From Rhodocyclaceae bacterium (GTDB lineage Bacteria > Pseudomonadota > Gammaproteobacteria > Burkholderiales > Rhodocyclaceae), in assembly GCA_049593715.1 (NCBI GenBank), contig JBAWHH010000056.1, positions 1 through 27,746 of the forward strand: a stretch of DNA of 27,746 bases, given 5' to 3'. Every line of letters starts with the position of its first letter. Within the stretch, counting starts at the first letter, position 1. Shown in pieces: positions 8,587 to 17,298 of the stretch. A program made the position numbers and the translations under genes. The notes under the pieces were generated by a model. The model was given only the letters and a program-made list of their open reading frames with translations. It was not told the origin of the DNA and did not search any database.

Positions 8587-9372
8587 ATGAAAACCACCGC
8601 CAACGGCATCGACATCCGCTACGACATCACCGGCTCCGGCCCGTGGATCACCTTCATCCATCCGCTGGCCGTCGATCTGACGGTGTGGGATGCCCAGGTC
8701 GCGGCGCTGGCATCCGGCTTCACCGTGTTGCGCTTCGACGCCCGCGGCCACGGGCAGACGGCGGCGCCGGCCGGCGCCTACCGTCTGGAGCAGATGGCGG
8801 AGGACGTCATTGGGCTGCTTGACGCCCTTGGGGTGGAGCGGACCCATCTGGTGGGCCTGTCCATGGGCGGGATGATTGCCCAGCATGTGGCGCTGAAGGC
8901 GCCCGGCCGGCTGGATCGACTGGTGCTGGCGGGCACGACGAGCTACTACCCGCCGGAATCCCAGCCGGCGTGGGACGAACGCTTGCGGATCGTGTCCGCC
9001 CAGGGCGTGGAACCCATGGTCGCACCCACGCTGGAGCGCTGGTTTACCGAACCTTATCGCGCCGCCCATCCGGAGATCGTGGACCGTATCGGCGGCCTGA
9101 TCCGCGCTACGCCGCTGGCGGGGTACCTGGGCAGTTGCGAAGCCATCCGGCACATCGACACCCGCGAGGGCCTACGTGGGGTGAATCTGCCGACCCTGGT
9201 TCTGGTGGGCGACCAGGATGCCGGCACGCCGCTGCCCATGGCTGAGGCGATCCAGTCCGCTATCGCCGGTTCGCGGCTGGAGGTGATCTCAAGCGCGGCG
9301 CACCTTTCCAATATCGAGCAGGCGGCGGCCTTCAACGGGCTGGTGAAGGATTTCCTCGGCGGCCTGGGCTGA
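8587..9372 (+). CDS. pcaD: 3-oxoadipate enol-lactonase-like alpha/beta hydrolase
   Basis: Start at ATG 8587 (MKTTANGIDIRY). RFDARGHG, nucleophile elbow GLSMGG, ERWFT, GDQD and AAHLSNIEQ are typical of PcaD/CatD; the substrate is not proven. Confidence 0.8.
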   Translation: MKTTANGIDIRYDITGSGPWITFIHPLAVDLTVWDAQVAALASGFTVLRFDARGHGQTAAPAGAYRLEQMAEDVIGLLDALGVERTHLVGLSMGGMIAQHVALKAPGRLDRLVLAGTTSYYPPESQPAWDERLRIVSAQGVEPMVAPTLERWFTEPYRAAHPEIVDRIGGLIRATPLAGYLGSCEAIRHIDTREGLRGVNLPTLVLVGDQDAGTPLPMAEAIQSAIAGSRLEVISSAAHLSNIEQAAAFNGLVKDFLGGLG

Positions 9373-9417
9373 GTCTGCCGCCCGCTTGCCACAAGACTTT
9401 TGCGCAGCGCTCTCTGA

Positions 9418-10023
9418 ATGGATGACTTCTGGCTGGCCTTCGTGCCTTTGTTCGTCGCAGTGGATGCCTTGGGCGTCCTGCCGCTTTTCCTCGGCCTGAC
9501 CCACCGCATGGAGGCGAAAGACGTGCGCCGCGCCGTCTACCGCTCGGTGCTCGCCGCCACCGTGATCGCCCTGGTTTTTGCCGGGCTCGGCTCGCTGCTG
9601 CTGGAACTGCTGGGGGTAACGGTGGAAGATTTCATGATCGCCGGTGGCCTGCTGCTGATGGCCCTGGCGCTGCGGGAACTGCTCACCGAAAAGGACCTGC
9701 ATCAGCGGGTGGATGTGAATGCCGCCGGGGTCGGCGTGGTGCCTCTGGGTGTGCCCCTCATCACCGGCCCGGCGGTGCTGACCACCTCGATGCTGCTCAC
9801 GGACCAGTACGGGCTCTATCTGGTGGCCGGGGCCATCGTCGCCAACATGTTATTTGCCGGCTTCGTGTTCCGCTTCGGCGCACTCGTGCGCCGCATCCTG
9901 GGCAGTTCCGGTGCCAGCGTGCTATCGAAGATCGCCAATCTGATCATGGCCGCGCTGGGCGTGATGATGGTGCGGCAAGGTCTCGTCGGCTTGTTCGCCG
10001 ATACGGCGGGGCAGGCGGTCTGA
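9418..10023 (+). CDS. MarC family inner-membrane protein
   Basis: Hydrophobic 201 aa; LFVAVDALGVLPLF, FMIAGGLLL and VVPLGVPLITGPAVLTT are MarC signatures. Confidence 0.9.
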   Translation: MDDFWLAFVPLFVAVDALGVLPLFLGLTHRMEAKDVRRAVYRSVLAATVIALVFAGLGSLLLELLGVTVEDFMIAGGLLLMALALRELLTEKDLHQRVDVNAAGVGVVPLGVPLITGPAVLTTSMLLTDQYGLYLVAGAIVANMLFAGFVFRFGALVRRILGSSGASVLSKIANLIMAALGVMMVRQGLVGLFADTAGQAV

Positions 10024-10047
10024 GGATCCGCCCCGAGCCGCGGATCC
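10024..10047. terminator. Hairpin between convergent marC and parA
   Basis: GGATCCGC-cccgagcc-GCGGATCC (8-bp perfect stem) directly after the marC stop. Confidence 0.45.
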
Positions 10048-10074
10048 GTGGACACCGGGCCGGTCTCGCCCCGC

Positions 10075-10887
10075 TCAGGCGGAGTCCCGTACCCGGCTTT
10101 CGCTGCGCACGGCGCGCCGGTCCACCTGGGCCAGTTCGTCGTGCAGGGCGACGAATTCCTGGGTCAGTTTGTGGCTGGGCATGAAGTGGATCATCGGCTG
10201 GGCCGCTTCGTGGGATTCGCGGATCTTCACCGATGACGAGAGGTAAGTAGATAAAACCGGGTGGCCCTCGTCCACCAATGCCTGGACGATCTTCTGCGGC
10301 AGGCTGGCGCGGGACTGGTACTGATTGACGATGATGCCTTCCACCATCAGGTCGGCGTTATGGTCGGCGCGGATCTCGTCCACGTTCTCGATCAGGGCGT
10401 AGAGGGCGCGGCGGGAAAAATCGTCGCAATCGAACGGGATCAGGCAGGCATCGGCGGCAATCAGGGCCGAGCGGGTGTAGAAGTTGAGCGCCGGTGGCGT
10501 GTCGATGTAAATGAAGTCGTAGCCATCCAGTTCGTCCAGGGCCTCCTTCAGCTTGTAGATCTTGTAGCGCGATTCGAGCTTGGTCGCCAGTTCGTCCAGG
10601 GCCGGGGCGGACGCCAGCACGTCGAGGTTGGGGAAAGGTGTGCCGCGCACGAATTCCTGCGTCTTCTTGGGGCTGAAACGGAAATTCAGCATCTGGTCGA
10701 ACAGGCCGGCGATGCTGAAATCCAGCGTTTCGGCGGCGGCCCCGAGCAGATACTGGGTGGAATTGCCCTGGGGGTCGAGGTCAACCACCAGCGTCCTGGC
10801 GCCCTGGGCCGCAGAAACGGCGGCGAGGTTGCAGGTGATGGTGGATTTGCCGACGCCGCCCTTCTGATTGAAAACGACTCTGCGCAT
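10075..10887 (-). CDS. Orphan ParA/Soj-family ATPase
   Basis: Deviant Walker A NQKGGVGKST, VDLDPQGN and IDTPP; RBS GAGG; no parB neighbour. Confidence 0.92.
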   Translation of the reverse strand: MRRVVFNQKGGVGKSTITCNLAAVSAAQGARTLVVDLDPQGNSTQYLLGAAAETLDFSIAGLFDQMLNFRFSPKKTQEFVRGTPFPNLDVLASAPALDELATKLESRYKIYKLKEALDELDGYDFIYIDTPPALNFYTRSALIAADACLIPFDCDDFSRRALYALIENVDEIRADHNADLMVEGIIVNQYQSRASLPQKIVQALVDEGHPVLSTYLSSSVKIRESHEAAQPMIHFMPSHKLTQEFVALHDELAQVDRRAVRSESRVRDSA

Positions 10888-11074
10888 GGATCACCTCGCT
10901 TCGACGATCCGGCATTGTGGCAGATGCAGGGCGGCGGGAAAACCGAAATTGCATGGCGTGCCGCGGGCCGCTCCACGGGCCATTTTCTGGCCGTCTTGTC
11001 AGACCGGCTATCCTTGCGCCTGCGGCTGGACCCATTTTTGCCGGCCGAAGCCTGCGCTTTTTGGTAAAGATCCT

Positions 11075-12238
11075 ATGAAACGACTGAATTGGCTATTGCT
11101 GTTTCTTGTTTGTGGGCCCGTCGCGGCTCAGGGGGAATGGATTCTCGCCAGCGACCAGACGCGCATCGTGGCGGGGGGCGATTTCAGCGTCACGGTGGTG
11201 CGCTCGGGTGCCGGTGCCGCCGAGGCCATGCCGGATTCCGTGGTGGCGAAATTGAGCGGAGATGGCGCCATCGTGGAATTGCGGCTGACGGCGGTCAAGC
11301 CGCGGCCCGGGGAACGCCCCGCCGCCGCGGGGCGCGGCGAGTATCAGGCGCAGTTGCCCGCCGCTACAGAGGGTCTGGTGACGTTGGAACTCAGCGATCG
11401 CCCATCCACCAAGCTGCTGCTTCTGGCGGAAAAGGCGCTGCTGGAGAAACCGGCCGCATCCGATGCCTTGGCGCGGATGACCGGGAGCACGCCCGCGGCC
11501 ACCAAGGAGGCAAGCCCGGTGCGAGCGCCCGCGCTCACCTCCTACGAACCGATGTATTTCCTGGTCGGCACGCGGGAAGGTACGTCGGCGCGGTTCCAGC
11601 TTTCCTTCAAGTACCGCCTGTTCGACGACGAGGGCGTCGCCGTTGGCCTGTTGCCTTTCCTTTCCGGGCTTCACGTCGCCTATACGCAAACTTCGTTGTG
11701 GGATCTGGCGTCGCGCTCGAAGCCGTTCCGCGACAACAGTTATCGGCCTTCCGCGTTTTATGAATGGCAGGGCGGAGCGCCAGTCGGCGATCATACCGGC
11801 TGGAATGTGCGGACCGGCGTCGAGCACGAGTCGAACGGACGCGACGGGGGCAACTCCCGCTCCATCAACATCGCATTTGTGCGGCCAGAGCTACGCTTCC
11901 ATCTTGGCGAATCGTGGTATGGCGCGGTGGCGCCCAAGATCTACAGCTACCTGGATAAGACCGACAACGCGGACATCAGCCGTTACCGGGGCCACGTCGA
12001 TCTGGGCCTGACCCTGGGACAGAGCGACGGCTGGCAGATCGCGTCCACGATCCGGCGCGGCAAGAGCGGGTATGGCAGCGCCCAGGTGGATGTCTCCTAT
12101 CCGTTCCGCAAGCCGTTCTTCGCTGATACCGGGGGGTTTCTCCATTTCCAGTATTTCAATGGTTACGGCGAGACGATTCTGGACTACGACGTGCGCCACA
12201 GCCCACAATTCAGGGTCGGCGTTTCCATCGTGAGATGA
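11075..12238 (+). CDS. pldA: Outer-membrane phospholipase A (OMPLA) with N-terminal extension
   Basis: Start ATG 11075 gives a signal peptide (MKRLNWLLLFLVCGPVAAQ). FQLSFK, YTQTSLW, PFRDNSYRP, catalytic HESNG and QYFNGYGETILDY are OMPLA motifs. Confidence 0.9.
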   Translation: MKRLNWLLLFLVCGPVAAQGEWILASDQTRIVAGGDFSVTVVRSGAGAAEAMPDSVVAKLSGDGAIVELRLTAVKPRPGERPAAAGRGEYQAQLPAATEGLVTLELSDRPSTKLLLLAEKALLEKPAASDALARMTGSTPAATKEASPVRAPALTSYEPMYFLVGTREGTSARFQLSFKYRLFDDEGVAVGLLPFLSGLHVAYTQTSLWDLASRSKPFRDNSYRPSAFYEWQGGAPVGDHTGWNVRTGVEHESNGRDGGNSRSINIAFVRPELRFHLGESWYGAVAPKIYSYLDKTDNADISRYRGHVDLGLTLGQSDGWQIASTIRRGKSGYGSAQVDVSYPFRKPFFADTGGFLHFQYFNGYGETILDYDVRHSPQFRVGVSIVR

Positions 12239-12293
12239 CGTTTCCGCCCCGGAGGGCAAGCACCTCGGGGCCCAAGCTGGAGGAGAGAGCACC

Positions 12294-13268
12294 ATGCCCC
12301 ACGCCATTCGATTCCACCGCACCGGCGGGCCGGAAGTCCTGCAATGGGAAGAGGTCGCGGTCGGCGATCCCGGCCCCAAAGAGGTCCGCATCCGCCAGCA
12401 CGCCTGCGGCCTCAACTTCATCGACATCTACCATCGCAGCGGCCTTTATCCGGTGCCGTTGCCGTCGGGCATCGGCATGGAAGGCGCCGGGGTGGTCGAA
12501 GCGGTGGGTGCGGAAGTCTCCCACCTGCAGCCGGGGGACCGCGTCGCCTATGCCGGCGGCCCGCTGGGCGGCTACAGCGAAGCGCGACTGATTCCCGCGG
12601 ACCGCCTGGTCAAACTGCCGGAGGCCATCGACTTCCCCCACGCCGCGGCCATGATGCTGCAGGGCCTTACCGCGGCCTACCTGCTGCGCCGTACCTACCC
12701 GGTGCAGGCGGGGGAGACGGTCTTGATCCATGCCGCCGCCGGTGGCGTCGGGCTGATCGCCTGCCAGTGGGCCAAGGCGCTTGGGGCCTCGGTGATCGGT
12801 ACCGTGGGATCGGCGGAGAAGGCCGCGCTGGCCAAGGTCCACGGCTGCGATCACGTGATCCGCTACCGCGAGGAAGACGTCGTCGCACGGGTGAAGGAGA
12901 TCACCGGCGGAGCGGGTGTGGCGGTTGTCTACGACGGTGTCGGCAAGGACACCTTCGCTGGCTCTCTGGATTGCCTGCGCCCGCGGGGCATGATGGTCAC
13001 CTTCGGCAATGCTTCCGGGCCGGTACCGCCACTGGATCTGCTGCTTTTGTCGCAGAAGGGCTCGCTGTTCGTCACGCGGCCGACCCTGATGCACTACACG
13101 GCTCTGCGGGGGGAACTGGAGGCTCTGGCGGAGGAGTTGTTCGGCGTTGTGGCCGGGGGGCGAGTGCGCATCGAGGTCAATCAAACCTATGCGCTGAAGG
13201 ACGCGGCGCAGGCCCAGGTCGCCCTCGCCGCGCGCAAGACCACCGGCTCGACGGTGCTGCTCCCCTGA
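12294..13268 (+). CDS. qor: NADPH:quinone oxidoreductase (zeta-crystallin/MDR family)
   Basis: GGPEVL, GLNFIDIY, HAAAGGVG, YDGVGKDTF, FGNASG and TTGSTVL; strong RBS GGAGG. Confidence 0.93.
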   Translation: MPHAIRFHRTGGPEVLQWEEVAVGDPGPKEVRIRQHACGLNFIDIYHRSGLYPVPLPSGIGMEGAGVVEAVGAEVSHLQPGDRVAYAGGPLGGYSEARLIPADRLVKLPEAIDFPHAAAMMLQGLTAAYLLRRTYPVQAGETVLIHAAAGGVGLIACQWAKALGASVIGTVGSAEKAALAKVHGCDHVIRYREEDVVARVKEITGGAGVAVVYDGVGKDTFAGSLDCLRPRGMMVTFGNASGPVPPLDLLLLSQKGSLFVTRPTLMHYTALRGELEALAEELFGVVAGGRVRIEVNQTYALKDAAQAQVALAARKTTGSTVLLP

Positions 13269-13454
13269 AAGCTCTTGAACGGATCGACTTCGCGGCAGGT
13301 CTGGTGCGTTGCCCAGTCGCTTGCGCTTCGCAGTCCGTCGCGGCCGGGACAATATGGTCGTAAGCGCTTGGCAGGATCCAGCTCCGCACCGTAACCAACT
13401 TCGTTTCCGCGGCGGGTATCATCCGGCGCAACCCTTTTCGTCGAGATCCTCCCC

Positions 13455-13811
13455 ATGAACAGAACCCTATGGGCGGCGGCTGTGATCGCCGTCGCCTTCG
13501 TCGCCACTGCCCAGGCGGAGGAACGCATCTCCCGCCCAGCCCAGGCGGCTTACCTTCAGGGGGAGATCCGAAAAGCGCAGCAGGCTTTCGTTGCGCGGGT
13601 GGCGGCGCTGTCAGGTGTGCCGGAAGCGCGGATCCGCGAGTGGGTGCCGACCGACGGGCGCGACGTGCCGCCGAAAGTGAGCATCCTTCCGGCCCTGCAG
13701 CGGGAGCGCGCGGCGCCCTTCACGGAGGAAGAACGGCAGGCCATCAACGCCGCCGAGCAGGAACGTTTTGACGCCATCGCCCGTGCGCGCCACGAAGCGC
13801 TGAAGAAGTAG
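13455..13811 (+). CDS. Secreted/periplasmic hypothetical protein (118 aa)
   Basis: Sec-type signal peptide MNRTLWAAAVIAVAFVATAQA; helical mature part. Confidence 0.8.
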   Translation: MNRTLWAAAVIAVAFVATAQAEERISRPAQAAYLQGEIRKAQQAFVARVAALSGVPEARIREWVPTDGRDVPPKVSILPALQRERAAPFTEEERQAINAAEQERFDAIARARHEALKK

Positions 13812-13859
13812 CGCTTCGGATTCTGCTCGCGCCTGCGCGCCATCGGCGATCCCGGCGGA

Positions 13860-14063
13860 TCAGGGCTTCTCCGCCTCGTCGATCTCCCGGCGCTGTGCTG
13901 CAGCCTGATCTTTCAGGGTCTGCTCGATCCCTTTGGCCTGTTCTAGCGCTTTGAATTGTGGGTCGACCACGCTCGGCGATGGTTTTGGCGGCGGCAAATC
14001 CGGTGCGCCACAGCCGGCCAGCACCGTTACTGCCCAAGTGATTGCCAGTACAGTTCGCGTCAT
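13860..14063 (-). CDS. Small lipoprotein (67 aa)
   Basis: From ATG 14063: MTRTVLAITWAVTVLAGC (lipobox LAGC), Pro-rich linker, then helix PQFKALEQAKGIEQTL...IDEAEKP. Confidence 0.8.
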   Translation of the reverse strand: MTRTVLAITWAVTVLAGCGAPDLPPPKPSPSVVDPQFKALEQAKGIEQTLKDQAAAQRREIDEAEKP

Positions 14064-14103
14064 GGCTGCACCGTTTTCGGGGTGTGATTCAAGGAATCGC
14101 CCG

Positions 14104-14133
14104 AATCTACGCCCCACCATCAGGGGTGGTCAA
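14104..14133 (-). promoter_or_regulatory. Candidate sigma70 promoter for the small lipoprotein gene
   Basis: Minus strand TTGACC (14133-14128), 18-nt spacer, TAGATT (14109-14104). The -35 overlaps the palindrome GTCAATTGAC (14129-14138). Confidence 0.5.
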
Positions 14134-15190
14134 TTGACTATTCGTTGCTGCAAGCGCACTGGGCACCACCTCCCACAAACAGCCGGAGACCGGGGATCGC
14201 CGTGCCGGCGAATGTTTCCGTTGCGAGGTTTAATCCCTAAACAATTCATTTCACTAGCCCCACGCGGGTGTGGCGCGGGAGGCGCTTTTGCGCTATAAGC
14301 TTCCCTCAAAAAAAGCGGCTGCCCCACGGCTTTGGCGAAGGCTTTGTGCGTTGCGGGGGTCGCAGGCGACCCCTGAGAGGTCGTCTGGTGCTGCGGCGGA
14401 ACCGAGGTCAGAACAATACCGTGTCGTCGCAAGGGGCTGGGTGCATCGCTCACGGAGGGGGGGCGGTATGGGTGCAGCATTGGCTTGTCCAATGGGTTTT
14501 GTGCAGGTTGCGGGCGTTTTCCTCGCATCGATGGGCGGCGGTAGGAGGCGGTACTTACCCCGCGCAGCAGAGGCTGGGAAACCGCGCAACACTCGATACT
14601 AGCTCGCGTCTTTTCCGGGTCGGGCCGGACGCGGCGCAACCGCTCTCAGCAGCGGGCGGTCGAAAGAGGGTTTGCCCCGGCCCGGTTCGGAAATGTGCAG
14701 TGGAGTGCAGCAGCCGAGTTGACAACAGGCGCGGTGCAGGGCCGCTTTCATGCGGCCACCGGCACCCTTTGGCGCCGGCCGGCGGAATATGGCGCTTCGC
14801 GCGTTTTGTTCCGTTCTGCGCCCGGCACGGCGTGGCGGCGCCGTCGGGTTTGGTGTCAGCGCTGGACAATACGGCGCTGCCTTTCAAGATGACCTCGCGG
14901 CCGGTCTGGCCGTGGTTTTCGATGTTCGCCCAGTGGCGGGCGTGCTCCCCAAGGATTGTGAAACTGTCAGTCGGGCCGGGAAACTTGGCGACGGACGGCT
15001 ATCCGTATTGCCGGTCGGTTGCCCGCCGCCGGATGCGGGCCAGGCAATATTTTTCGGAGGGCAAACATCGCTGCGGGTGTTGATGCAATGGCACGCAGAC
15101 GCTGACAAGGTCGAAATCAGGAAGAAGTAGCCGTGGCGCGAGAGCGTCGCGGGTGGGCGTAGGGACGCGGGATTCTGCGCCACCGGACGC

Positions 15191-15202
15191 TGTGCAGTGC
15201 AG
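15191..15202 (+). promoter_or_regulatory. PhaR/PhbF-like box
   Basis: TGTGCAGTGCAG (one mismatch to TG-TGC-N3-GCAA), about 30 nt upstream of ATG 15235. Confidence 0.45.
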
Positions 15203-15234
15203 TAACAGTTGATATAGCAAGGGAGAAACGTGCC

Positions 15235-16077
15235 ATGACGGAACCACAAGATCAAAACAAACGGGCGAAAAAGACCGGCAGTGCGGCCAAGTCGCCCAAA
15301 AAGGACGATAAGAAGAGGGGTGCAGCAGCAACAACCAGTGACAAAAGGGAGAATCAGGCGATGACTGAGAAAACGTTGCAAGAGCCGCAAGCCGTGGTCC
15401 CAGAGGTATCTGAGAAGTCCGCTGTTCCGGCGGAACAAGTCGTGCCGCAGGAAGTGCCCGCCGAGGTTTCCATCGGCGAGAAGGTGGCCGAGGCCGCGGA
15501 AGCGGTGGTGGAGAAGGTGGAGGCGGTCGCGAAGGAAATTGTGGAGAAGGTGGAAGAGGCCGTTGGGGCAGGGGAACCCGCTGCGGCAGCGCCCGAGGCG
15601 ACTGGCGAGCCCAAGCCCCACGTGGCGACGCCAATCGAACAGGTCGGCACGCAAATTAGCGATGTGGTGGGGCAGATGAAAGACGGGTTCGTTTCGGCGG
15701 GCAAAGGTTTGCAGCGCCAATTCGACCAGCCTTTGAAGCAACTTGGCGATTTCGCAGGAAAGACATTGGAGCAGGTGCAGGACTATGTGAAGAACGATTT
15801 GCCGAAAGTGGGAGAGCAAGCCAGCGAGCGTTTCCCCGCGGAACGGCTCCAGGCCGGCGGGCTCTCACTCCTCGCCAAGGGCGTGGCCTCGCTGGGCGGT
15901 TTGCTGCAAGGCTGGTCGCGCAAGCTGGAGCAGGTTGTGACCATCGAGGCGGGGCAGGAGACGGGCCCCTGCACGTTGACCTGCACGAAATGCGGCAACG
16001 TCGCGCATCTCGAACATGCTAGTGCCGTCGTGCCTTGCCTGCAGTGCCAGGGAACCACATTCCGCAAGAGCTACTGA
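15235..16077 (+). CDS. Zinc-ribbon protein (DUF1451-like C-terminus) with Lys-rich and Glu/Ala/Val-rich low-complexity N-terminal regions
   Basis: C-terminal GQETGPCTLTCTKCG-x13-PCLQCQGTTFRK double CxxC; RBS AAGGGAG; a second in-frame RBS and ATG at 15361. Confidence 0.8.
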   Translation: MTEPQDQNKRAKKTGSAAKSPKKDDKKRGAAATTSDKRENQAMTEKTLQEPQAVVPEVSEKSAVPAEQVVPQEVPAEVSIGEKVAEAAEAVVEKVEAVAKEIVEKVEEAVGAGEPAAAAPEATGEPKPHVATPIEQVGTQISDVVGQMKDGFVSAGKGLQRQFDQPLKQLGDFAGKTLEQVQDYVKNDLPKVGEQASERFPAERLQAGGLSLLAKGVASLGGLLQGWSRKLEQVVTIEAGQETGPCTLTCTKCGNVAHLEHASAVVPCLQCQGTTFRKSY

Positions 16078-16104
16078 TTCATTCCGTACGCCGCTAGACG
16101 GCAC

Positions 16105-16149
16105 GAGGTGGCCGCCACGGCCCGGATTTGCTCCGGGGGTGGCCACCTC
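16105..16149 (+). terminator. Long GC-rich hairpin after the zinc-ribbon gene
   Basis: GAGGTGGCCGCC-acgg-CCCGGA-tttgc-TCCGGG-GGTGGCCACCTC: 18-bp stem with one G-U pair and a 4-nt bulge; followed by a pyrimidine tract rather than poly-U. Confidence 0.5.
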
Positions 16150-16366
16150 TCCCTCCCCCCCCACAGGCACCACTCAATCCACGCGATGTCGGTACGGCAA
16201 CCCTACAGCAGCGGGCTTGACGCCCCCACAGCGCGGGAGTCGGCGGGTTTCTATCCGTGGTCTTAGAATTCACCACCCTGCGCTGCCAGCGCAGGAAGGC
16301 GCGCTGCGCGGTGCCCGCCAGCGGTCTTGCCGCACTTCCGTACCCATTTGAGGCGAGAGCGAACGC

Positions 16367-17248
16367 ATGATCACTAACCATTCCCAGCCCAACATCCTTG
16401 CGCCCATCCACGCCTTGGCCCGATCGATGGTCTTCCGCCTCGTGCCGGAGACCGACCCGTGGCCGGCACTAGATCGCCTTGCGGCCCAGTTCGACACGTC
16501 CTGGGGCGTGATCGGACTCGGTGACAGCCTGGTGCGCACCCTGGGACGGGAAGTTCCGGGGTTGCGACCGTTTCCGGCGCTGACCGGTGCCGGATGCAGC
16601 GTGCCATCCACGCAGCAGGCGCTGTGGGTGTCGCTTGGCGATGATGATGCTGGCGTGCTCTTCGACCGCGCGGAATGGATCAAGGGGGCCTTGGCCCCCT
16701 ATCTGGTTCTGGAGGATGACTTGCCGCTTTTCCGCTATGCGGGAGGCAGGGATCTCACCGGATACGAGGACGGAACGGAGAATCCGACAGGGGACGCTGG
16801 CGTTGAAGCGGCGATTGCGGCTGTGCCCGCAGCGATCACCGGGTCCAGTTTCGTCGCCGTACAGCGCTGGATCCACGACCTGGCGCATTTTCATACGCAT
16901 TCGTCCGGGGAATGCGACGCGATGATCGGCCGCCGCCGCGACACCAACGAAGAACTCGACGATGCCCCCGAGTCCGCCCACGTCAAGCGGACGGCCCAGG
17001 AAAGTTACACTCCCGAGGCGTTCATGGTGCGGCGCTCGATGCCCTGGGCAACGGCGTTCGCGCAGGGCCTGGAGTTCGTCGCCTTCGGCAATTCGCTGGA
17101 TGCCTACGAGAGGGTGCTGCGCCGGATGGTCGGCCACGAAGACGGCATCGTCGATTCCCTGTTCCGCTTCTCACGCCCCGTCACAGGTGGCTACTATTGG
17201 TGCCCGCCGGTGCGCGATGGACGGCTGGACCTTTCGTTTCTCATTTGA
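16367..17248 (+). CDS. Dye-decolorizing (DyP-type) peroxidase
   Basis: RDLTGYEDGTENP (GxxDG), SFVAVQRWIHDL, proximal His in SAHVKR, RRSMPW, GLEFVAF and PVTGGYYWCP. Confidence 0.93.
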   Translation: MITNHSQPNILAPIHALARSMVFRLVPETDPWPALDRLAAQFDTSWGVIGLGDSLVRTLGREVPGLRPFPALTGAGCSVPSTQQALWVSLGDDDAGVLFDRAEWIKGALAPYLVLEDDLPLFRYAGGRDLTGYEDGTENPTGDAGVEAAIAAVPAAITGSSFVAVQRWIHDLAHFHTHSSGECDAMIGRRRDTNEELDDAPESAHVKRTAQESYTPEAFMVRRSMPWATAFAQGLEFVAFGNSLDAYERVLRRMVGHEDGIVDSLFRFSRPVTGGYYWCPPVRDGRLDLSFLI

Positions 17249-17298
17249 GGGCGAATCGAGGGAACCGCAGGGCAGTTCTCTGAGCCCGTGACGCTCGC

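Noticed and set aside
15059..15110. GGCAAAC...GATGCAATGGC resembling a c-di-GMP-I riboswitch
   Set aside because: It lacks the GNRA tetraloop, the CGCAAAGC junction and the receptor stem; it would need an Infernal hit.
15209..15222. TTGATATAGCAAGG as an FNR box
   Set aside because: The second half-site does not match ATCAA at the required spacing.
16367..17248. DyP as an encapsulin cargo
   Set aside because: No encapsulin gene is adjacent and there is no C-terminal targeting peptide; the protein ends DGRLDLSFLI.
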